A DNA stretch of 64,000 nt from Vulcanimicrobiaceae bacterium (lineage in GTDB: Bacteria > Methylomirabilota > Methylomirabilia > Methylomirabilales > 2-02-FULL-66-22), in assembly GCA_035505475.1 (NCBI GenBank), contig DATJQT010000238.1, forward strand, positions 1,755-65,754. Reading direction: 5' to 3'. Every line of letters begins with the position of its first letter. Positions within the stretch are counted from its first letter, which is position 1. The notes beneath the pieces were generated by a model. It saw only the letters and a program-made list of their open reading frames with translations. It did not search any database and was not told where the DNA came from. A program made the position numbers and the translations under genes. This document shows positions 1 through 7,416 of the stretch, one piece after another.

Positions 1-918
1 TCCCCCGGCGTTGGTAAACTGCAATTCTATACAGCGGATGACGTGCGCGAAATCGTCGCCTACGCTGGCAGCCGTTTCATCACGGTTGTTCCTGGCATAG
101 AAATGCCCGGACATTCGGCTGCCGCCGCGAGGGCCTATCCAGAATACTATGATGGCGACCGAACGCTGAATCCAGCAGCTTCGGGCGTATTTGATTTTAT
201 CGCCACAATCGTCGACGACGTCGCCGGACTCTTCCCCGGTCCCTATTTACATTTCAGCGGCGACGAAGTGCAGGGGCACGGCGAACACTGGACGAAGATG
301 CCCGACGTGGTTGCCTTCATGAAAGCGAAGGGTTTGGCCGACGAAGACGCGCTTGAGTCATATGTCTACCGGCGCATCGCGGCAATAGTGGTGCATGCGG
401 GCCGATGCCCCATGGCATGGGATGAGGCTTCGGAGGCGGGGATCCCGAGACCTCTCCTGGTACAGTGGTGGCGAAAGAAACACCCGGATGTTCGTGATCG
501 CGCCCTTGCAGCCGGTTATGAAGTGGTGCTCTCGCCTTCCGATCAGATCTACCTCGACTATGCGGCCGGACCCGGCGAGCCGGGGGCTCCGTGGGACGGT
601 AACGATAACGGTCCAACGTCCGTCGGGAAAATCCTTCGCTGGGAGCCTGTACCTGACGGGCTGCCGGTAGATCAGTCGACGAGAATTGTCGGCATCGAAG
701 CCGCACTATGGACGGAGTTCATTCGCACAGAGGATTATTTGCAGTTCATGCTTTATCCCCGGTTAGCCGCGGTGGCTGAGGTCGCCTGGGGCCCGCCAGG
801 TCCGCGTGACATCAAGGAATTCGATCGGCGCATGGTGTCGCACATGGATCGATTCAAGAGGCTGGGCATCAATGCGCGGACAAATTTCAGAGATGCCTGG
901 CGGTATATTACCCATTAA
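1..918 (+). CDS. GH20 beta-N-acetylhexosaminidase, C-terminal part (5' end upstream of window)
   Basis: Frame 1 is open from nt 1 (SPGVGKLQFYTADDVREIVAYA...), so the ORF-track start at 43 is internal. GH20 hallmarks are present: IEMPGHS, the catalytic-pair region HFSGDEV, and C-terminal GIEAALWTEF...YPRLAAVAEVAW. Confidence 0.85.
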   Translation, partial: SPGVGKLQFYTADDVREIVAYAGSRFITVVPGIEMPGHSAAAARAYPEYYDGDRTLNPAASGVFDFIATIVDDVAGLFPGPYLHFSGDEVQGHGEHWTKMPDVVAFMKAKGLADEDALESYVYRRIAAIVVHAGRCPMAWDEASEAGIPRPLLVQWWRKKHPDVRDRALAAGYEVVLSPSDQIYLDYAAGPGEPGAPWDGNDNGPTSVGKILRWEPVPDGLPVDQSTRIVGIEAALWTEFIRTEDYLQFMLYPRLAAVAEVAWGPPGPRDIKEFDRRMVSHMDRFKRLGINARTNFRDAWRYITH

Positions 919-1513
919 CTAGACTCTGTCCGTCATCAGAGGTGCTGCCTTGATGAAAGTCGGAAGGAATGTGCGACGTCGCGTCTTTTCAGATGTCACC
1001 TGCGCCGTGCTGATGCCACGGGACCTTTGTGGAAAGTGAACTGTCCGGCACCAATGCTCATTGGAATCTGCTCCATGCTGACAATGATGGCGGAGCGTGG
1101 TGAAGAATTTGAATTCGGGGATGCGCTAGTTGCCACGGCGAAGGAGAGACTGATCAGCTTTGCTCCGCGGCCGACGATCGACGCTTGTGGCAACCGAACG
1201 GGAAAGCCGGGCAATTGCTGAAATTCCCCCGTTTGGAGTAGTGGCGGGTGTCCAGGCTCACAATTCGGAGCACCCTTAACTCTACGCGGTGCTTCCCTCC
1301 GGGTCGTATGATCTCAACAGCGCTCCAGCGGGTTTTGCTCGGGCACGGCAGACGTTCGAACACCAGGCCTTTAGGAACTCCGTCGGTTGGAGCCAATGTC
1401 CTGGCCAGGCAGCAAGGCCGGGGCTTCCGAGTCTGATGAGAGGAGAAGGAACCTCCGCCGAAAGCGCACGAATGCACCTTTGAGGGCGTGCGGTCGGAAC
1501 CCGAATTGCCGGG

Positions 1514-2233
1514 TCACCGCAGCGGGACGGAAGCCGGCGGGAGCGAGGCCGCGATCGGCGTCGCGGGCGGCCTAAGGCAACGGACTGTAAACCGCCTTGC
1601 CCCGCCAGGAGGCGCGGGCGCAACGGACACGTCACTGGGCATTTCAGGCTTGAGAACGCAACCGTCGTGGCCTTCGGCTTGGAGTGTGACGATGGCCTTA
1701 GCCCCAGACCAGAGACCGTCTTCAATCACGATGACGTCAGTGGGCCGCAAGCTGGTCGGTGTCGGAGCGAAGAAGAGCAACCGCAATCGGTGATGCCAAG
1801 GACCGACCTTGTCATTGCCGAGCAAATCCACCTCCGGTTCGTAAAGCGGAACCAGCGCTAGTTCGCTTCCAGCCACGCTTATGCGCACCTGTGCTGCTAA
1901 TTGCGGCTCCAGCCTCTTCAGATAGGAATCCAACTCGGCCTGTGTAATCTGTCCGTCGCCATTGGCATCCATCTGGCGGCGCTCGCTCGCGGACCACTCC
2001 TCGAAGAAAGTCAGATCCACGGTGACGTCGATGTACTGTGCCCCGACAATAATCTGAACCTGATGCTGGATGTAGGTGGTGAAAAAGGCGTGGGCTAAGG
2101 CCTCACGCGGCAAGAATGTCGCCAGGCCTGCGATCGCCAGACAGCGCGAAAAAAACGTCCAACGACGCGCCAGGAAATGCAGGATCGTCCATGGCACCAT
2201 TGGGAAGATGGATATGGAGGAATGGGGCGTCAT
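1514..2233 (-). CDS. exported EF-hand calcium-binding protein, function unknown
   Basis: 239-aa ORF. It has an N-terminal hydrophobic signal or anchor ending ...REALA/HAFF, and a canonical 12-residue EF loop, DANGDGQITQAE. It is the last gene of the HupE-type permease cluster on the same strand. Confidence 0.6.
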   Translation of the reverse strand: MTPHSSISIFPMVPWTILHFLARRWTFFSRCLAIAGLATFLPREALAHAFFTTYIQHQVQIIVGAQYIDVTVDLTFFEEWSASERRQMDANGDGQITQAELDSYLKRLEPQLAAQVRISVAGSELALVPLYEPEVDLLGNDKVGPWHHRLRLLFFAPTPTSLRPTDVIVIEDGLWSGAKAIVTLQAEGHDGCVLKPEMPSDVSVAPAPPGGARRFTVRCLRPPATPIAASLPPASVPLR

Positions 2234-2457
2234 GGCGCCAACGATAATGGAGACATCTCAGGGAGTGCGCCGTGTGAGCAGGTCGCTGTTTGCACTTGTG
2301 TTCCGGAAGAGAACCAAGGCGGAAGACTTGAGCGGCGAATGGCGGGCACTCGGGAATACTGTAGGCACTGAGAGTGGCTCTCGTCCAGACTCGACCGATG
2401 AAAAGATCTTTGCCGGCTTAATCGGCTGCGGCGACTTGGAGCGCGCGCCGTGACCGA

Positions 2458-3078
2458 TCATTGGCCGAACCGAAGTGACCAACCCAATGATAACAGCCCA
2501 ATCGCAGCGATCCAACTCCCGACGACGCGAATAACAATCCGCATCCACGCGCGGGGAAGCGACACCACAAAGCCAGAAATGACCGCAACGAGAATAAACA
2601 ACATCACTGCAATTCCGGTTAGCTGCAATAGCGCTGGCCTTAGGCCGGCCCCGCGCATAGCGACGCCGTTAAAGAAACCGTGGACGCCGCCTACCAGGAC
2701 GGCGAGCGCAGCCACCACAACGGTCGGCAGCTCCCAGTCCGCCGCAATGAGAATGCCCAATACCAAGAACGAGCATGCTGTGAAGATCTGTCCCAATATG
2801 GGCTGTCCGTGGTTCGCCAATCCGGCGATCGCACCCGCGATCCAAATCAGCGGCAGGAAAAGCAGAGTCAAGCGTCCCGCCTTGGGCCCTCGCAGTCCGG
2901 CGAACAGGGCGAGTCCGACGACCGGCAACACGTCGTCCAACGACAACAGAAGATGACCGATGCCGTCGTAAACCGGCCCCAGCCCGGTCGTGACGAGGTG
3001 CGCCTCGGTAGTCGTCGCTCCCAGCGCGAAAACCAGGAAGAGGCGAGCCCCCTTTCTGCACTGCCGCGGGGCGCGCAT
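2458..3078 (-). CDS. divergent HupE/UreJ-like membrane protein
   Basis: Start chosen at ATG 3078 (MRAPRQ...), 5 nt downstream of the upstream stop at 3083. The longer ORF-track start would overlap that gene. Signal-like N-terminus ending TTTEA/HLVTTG. The rest is polytopic and hydrophobic, with degenerate HupE motifs (GIGHLLLSLDD; GGVHGFFNG). Confidence 0.6.
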   Translation of the reverse strand: MRAPRQCRKGARLFLVFALGATTTEAHLVTTGLGPVYDGIGHLLLSLDDVLPVVGLALFAGLRGPKAGRLTLLFLPLIWIAGAIAGLANHGQPILGQIFTACSFLVLGILIAADWELPTVVVAALAVLVGGVHGFFNGVAMRGAGLRPALLQLTGIAVMLFILVAVISGFVVSLPRAWMRIVIRVVGSWIAAIGLLSLGWSLRFGQ

Positions 3079-3082
3079 ACCT

Positions 3083-3754
3083 TCATCGTCCCGGTGCGGG
3101 CGCATCTGCCTTGGCGGCTGAAACGTGAGACTCAATGGGTTTGGGATTGGCCGCCGCCCAAAGGAACCATGCTCCAGCCATTGCGATCGTCGCGCCAGCA
3201 ACGCGCACAATCTTCTGTCCGGTCGGCCAGCGACCTATCAAGCCAATTCCGATGCCGCAGCCATGTAGCAAGCCCGTGGCGATCACGAAACCGACGCTGT
3301 ACAACAGGCCATTCTCCCCGGGTGCAAGTTCGGTGCCGTGAGCATGGCCGTGATACAAGCCGAATACGCCGACCAGCATTGCAGGCCAAATCAGCTTCCT
3401 TGGCTTTACTTCACCGGCCACCATGGCGCCAAGGAGGAGTGCCGACAGTCCGACGCCGATTTCAACGCCAGGCAATGGAATACCCACGAGTCCCAGGAAT
3501 CCACCGATCGCCATAACCAGCGGAAACGTTACCGGCAGGAGCCAGACCGCCGGCACCCCGAGCTGGGCGCCCCACAGGCCGACCGCGATCATCGCTGCGA
3601 TGTGATCGATTCCGGACCAAGGATGCCGGAAGCCGCTGGCAAAGCCGCCGGCTTCGCCGGATTCAATGTGCGCCCAAGCCAGCGGGCTGCTGGCAAGCCA
3701 AAGCGCAGCTATCGCAGCCGGCGCAGACCAAGAACGTGATTTCAAGTGGCGCAT
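3083..3754 (-). CDS. HupE/UreJ family nickel/cobalt permease
   Basis: Start chosen at ATG 3754 (MRHLKSRSW...). Signal peptide ends PLAWA/HIESGE. Family motifs are present: HX5DH (HPWSGIDH) and FHGxAHGxE-like (LYHGHAHGTE). About 6 hydrophobic segments. Confidence 0.8.
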   Translation of the reverse strand: MRHLKSRSWSAPAAIAALWLASSPLAWAHIESGEAGGFASGFRHPWSGIDHIAAMIAVGLWGAQLGVPAVWLLPVTFPLVMAIGGFLGLVGIPLPGVEIGVGLSALLLGAMVAGEVKPRKLIWPAMLVGVFGLYHGHAHGTELAPGENGLLYSVGFVIATGLLHGCGIGIGLIGRWPTGQKIVRVAGATIAMAGAWFLWAAANPKPIESHVSAAKADAPAPGR

Positions 3755-4020
3755 TGTTGGGAGTAATCTGGATGTCGTGTCGCAAAATCCGCGCGACGAC
3801 ATTTTTGGGGAGCAAATACGCGAGGCCACGGCAGTCGTAGATTGTGTCTTCCGAAGATGCCCTGATGCGAAAAGAGACGGTGATCGAATGGGCACACGCC
3901 GATCGACGTGCCCAGGTCGCCGGCGCAGATAACACTGCCCTCACTGGTCGCGGGTTCGGCAGGCTGGTGGAATTGGCGTTCCATGACCTTGAGCCAACAC
4001 AATCCATTCGAGGTACCACT

Positions 4021-4614
4021 CTATGCCAAGAGAGTCACCGTGCGCTGTATGGTCCAAAAGGCCCCGAGCGAACCGACCACGTAAGCGGGGGTCAATTGCG
4101 CCCACTGGGGCCAGCGGATTTCCAGAAGGCGAAATGAATGAACCAAGAGCAGGATGATCGCGACAAACAGGAGTTGGCCCACTTCGACTCCGAGATTGAA
4201 TTGCAGGAGTAGAAGCGGAAGCTCCGAACGAGGCAGGCCGAGCGTCGTGAGTCCGCTGGCGAATCCGAATCCATGCAATAGGCCGAATGCGAACGCCACG
4301 ATCCATGGATGCAGAATCGCGAGACTCGTTTGGCCGCGCCGGACCCGTACCATTTCGGGCGCAAGAAACAGAATCGAAAGCGCAATTGCCGCGTTTAGCG
4401 GCGGCGCGGGCGCGCTCGCCCAGCCGAGGGTGGCGACGGCTAGCGTGATACTGTGCGCAGCCGTGAAGGCCGTGATTGTCTTTAGCAGCGTCCACCGATT
4501 ACCCATAATCGATAACACGCCGAACACGAAGACCAGATGATCCACTCCGGTCAGGATGTGCTCGATACCCATCTGGAGGAATGCAATCGAGATCATGGGG
4601 CCGCGTAATGACAT
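4021..4614 (-). CDS. HupE/UreJ_2-type membrane protein
   Basis: 197 aa and polytopic. N-terminal HX5DH (HILTGVDH), plus AHSITLA and LLHGFGFA motifs typical of the second HupE/UreJ subfamily. Confidence 0.7.
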   Translation of the reverse strand: MSLRGPMISIAFLQMGIEHILTGVDHLVFVFGVLSIMGNRWTLLKTITAFTAAHSITLAVATLGWASAPAPPLNAAIALSILFLAPEMVRVRRGQTSLAILHPWIVAFAFGLLHGFGFASGLTTLGLPRSELPLLLLQFNLGVEVGQLLFVAIILLLVHSFRLLEIRWPQWAQLTPAYVVGSLGAFWTIQRTVTLLA

Positions 4615-4728
4615 CCCGAGATTGAGGGAAACCCGGCGCTCCTGATGGTGAGCTTCGTGTCTTCCGTGCCGAAAGCACCGGACAAAACGACACGGATTCG
4701 CATTAGGGGTGTACCGTCGGAGATTTTC

Positions 4729-5319
4729 TTATGGCGACTTTGCATCCGCCCCGGTTGGTTTCTCAATCTCCACTTGGTACCGCCGGCGCAACATCTGGTA
4801 AGCGGCATCAGCTGCCGTCCGACGTTGCTCGCGCTGCCAGGCGGCCAGAACCACCCCGCGGATTGCCGCCGGCGGCGGCGCGCGCCCGTCGGCGGTTTTG
4901 AAATCATCGGCATGGGCGCGATAGAACGCGTCAAGTTCACCGGCGGTTGGTGTCGCGACGGGTGCCCGATCTTCAGCCATTTGCTCCATAAGCTGGCGGA
5001 GCCGGGTGCGCACAATCGGATCCTCCCGATCGAACCCCAACGCACGTGCCTCACGGACAAGCACCTCTTGGCGCACACAATCGCCGATCAGCATCTGAAT
5101 CTCCTGCGGGTCGGGCTCTCGCCCGCTGCTTTGCCGGAAATCCGATATCCGCCGGTGGACGGTTGCCAGCGGGATGTAGATGCGGTTGCCCATCACTTGC
5201 TGTCCATCGCGACGGTTCTCGATGTCAAACACTCCGAAGATCAAGCCGCCAAGAACGAGAAAATGAACCAGAGGTTCACGGAGCATTTTCCTAAACGGAG
5301 ATGTCGACTGCGCGGTCAT
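4729..5319 (-). CDS. membrane-anchored Rotamase_2-like protein (often annotated peptidyl-prolyl isomerase)
   Basis: 196 aa. It has an N-terminal TM segment (HFLVLGGLIFGVF) followed by the pattern RQEVLVREARALGFDREDPIVRTRLRQLMEQ. From memory, that pattern characterises the PPIase-annotated partners of HupE_UreJ_2 genes. The function call is tentative. Confidence 0.5.
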   Translation of the reverse strand: MTAQSTSPFRKMLREPLVHFLVLGGLIFGVFDIENRRDGQQVMGNRIYIPLATVHRRISDFRQSSGREPDPQEIQMLIGDCVRQEVLVREARALGFDREDPIVRTRLRQLMEQMAEDRAPVATPTAGELDAFYRAHADDFKTADGRAPPPAAIRGVVLAAWQREQRRTAADAAYQMLRRRYQVEIEKPTGADAKSP

Positions 5320-5657
5320 GCACCTTCAATCGCCATCGTCAAGTCGGCCGTGCGCCTCGGAGCATCATCGTTTGGCCAGTTGAACGCTCGAAGTCGGGAA
5401 TCGGGGGTCGGCCGTAAGTCGAGATCGACACCACGCCGTCAGCGGAAGGCGATTCACACGGATTGATCCTGGCCGGGGGATGTACCGACGGCAAGTGCCG
5501 GATGGGTAGCGCGGATGTAGAACGGCCGCGAGCACCAGACCGTCTCCGCCCCATCCGCGGCCATCAAGGCAGCCTCCGCGGATTGGTTTTGCCGGGTGGG
5601 CCCGAGCCGGATCTAGATTCTCCGCAAAGGCTTCTCGGAATAGGATTCGCATTGGCC

Positions 5658-7232
5658 TCAAGGCGCATTCGCCCTTGCTACCATCTCTTGCCAGAATTGC
5701 TCCGCCTGCTGATGGTACTTGAGAACCTCAGCTTGCTCACGGGGATCATCCAACCGGATCTGGCGCATGCGCTCCCGCACCCAGTCCAGGAAGAACTGGG
5801 CCGACGCTTCGCTGATGCGGCGTGAAATCGGACCAATTTCGACGTAGAAGGGCCCGGTCGAGGCAAAGCGAAATGTGTTTGGCACATTCGCCATGGCGCG
5901 CACCAAAAACCAGCCACTCTCCTCGAACGTGACCGAACCCAACGATCCGATCTGCTTCCATTCCGCATAGGAAACCGTCCTGATTACCCGTCCGTTCTGT
6001 ATGATCTCGAGGGCAGAGATTGGATCACGTGAATCAAGCGCCACGTCCAATTTGAGGGTAAGGCTCCGGCCGGCGGTCGTCTTGAAAACGTGACCAGGCA
6101 ACTCTCCATTTGCCCGGCAGCGGAGGAGGGGACCGTTGGACACGAATACCTGCCCCGCCTTCAAACCTGCCCACCAGCGTTGGTAACTCGGTTCACCATC
6201 AAGATGGACGTACATGCGGTCATAACCAACCGGATTGGGCAGCACCCCGGAAGCGCTGCCCGCCGAGGGTGGCAATCGGAGACCACAATTCAGGACATGG
6301 TAGTATATCGTCTGGGTCCAGAAACCGTCGCCTTGCGGGCCGGGAAACCGCTGCATGTCTCGGGATCGTCCCCAGGCTTCGGTAGGGACCCCGCCATTCC
6401 TCTGCATTTGATTATGGGCGATGCCAATGGAGTCTACCATCCCGCTTGCCAGCCAAACCGGAACATCCCACCAGAACGGCTTCTCGATATCAATCCAAGC
6501 TCCCGGGTGCCGTCGGGCTTCCGTGATGAACTGCATCGAGCTGGGGAATTCTCGCGTTGCTCTGATCATATCGAGCGGCCTCTCGAGATTGAAAAACAAC
6601 ACGGCGCCCCCATGGCGCTCGTATTCCCCGGCCATCAATTGACAAAAACGGTCACGGTCGAAGCGGATGAGTGGATTTGAGGGAGGCGGCTGTTCCGTCC
6701 ACATATTTTGGGCGTTCCACCAGGTAATTACGGGTGCAACGTGCAGGTCCGAAGCCTGCATCAGCAACTTGATATCCGCGATCGATCGATGGATGTGCAA
6801 TTCGCCCGACCACCAGCCTTCGCTGGTCAGGTCTGCTAAACGATGTAGCTGACATGTCACTCCCAGTGCGCCGTTTCCGGAGACCGTAAACCGGCCAGTC
6901 GTAAGCAGATATTCCGGACCGCGATCAATCTCGTAGGAATAGGCGCCGAACGGTAGGTCGAGCTTGGCGACACCCGGGCAAACAAAATGATCATGCCAGA
7001 ACGGCCACATCTGCGGCTGGACCGGATTGCCCGCGGCGTCCTTGAGGTAGATGCAGCAAGGCACCGGCTCACCGGTATCAGCGTCGAGCACCATGACCAG
7101 CAGCGGGGCGTGGCTGGCGCCAGCGAAATGCCGCGTTAAGTCCTCTGACGAAGGGACTGCAGACATCCCAACCAGCGGGTGCAGCCCCAACGCGGTCAAC
7201 ACTGCCGCGATGGTGAAACGTCGGGTCCGCAT
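5658..7232 (-). CDS. secreted PHP-like (CehA/McbA-type) metallohydrolase
   Basis: Start chosen at ATG 7232 (MRTRRFTIAAVLTALGL..., signal-like). An HxH motif in GELHIHRS is followed by a TIM/PHP-like region. It is a paralogue-like neighbour of the next gene. Confidence 0.6.
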   Translation of the reverse strand: MRTRRFTIAAVLTALGLHPLVGMSAVPSSEDLTRHFAGASHAPLLVMVLDADTGEPVPCCIYLKDAAGNPVQPQMWPFWHDHFVCPGVAKLDLPFGAYSYEIDRGPEYLLTTGRFTVSGNGALGVTCQLHRLADLTSEGWWSGELHIHRSIADIKLLMQASDLHVAPVITWWNAQNMWTEQPPPSNPLIRFDRDRFCQLMAGEYERHGGAVLFFNLERPLDMIRATREFPSSMQFITEARRHPGAWIDIEKPFWWDVPVWLASGMVDSIGIAHNQMQRNGGVPTEAWGRSRDMQRFPGPQGDGFWTQTIYYHVLNCGLRLPPSAGSASGVLPNPVGYDRMYVHLDGEPSYQRWWAGLKAGQVFVSNGPLLRCRANGELPGHVFKTTAGRSLTLKLDVALDSRDPISALEIIQNGRVIRTVSYAEWKQIGSLGSVTFEESGWFLVRAMANVPNTFRFASTGPFYVEIGPISRRISEASAQFFLDWVRERMRQIRLDDPREQAEVLKYHQQAEQFWQEMVARANAP

Positions 7233-7416
7233 TTGTTGTCGTGAGGTTAAGAGGAAAGCGAGGCAAAGTAGCCGGGTTTCCCTGGGCTTGCTTCCGAGGG
7301 TCAGCACGCGGAATCACCGGTTAACTTGCGGTTCAAGATGGGGTAACCGAGTTGAGCTTCGCCAAAGGGCTCTCGCTTGGTCCGCTCCCGTTTCACGGGA
7401 GCAGATCGACACGGTG

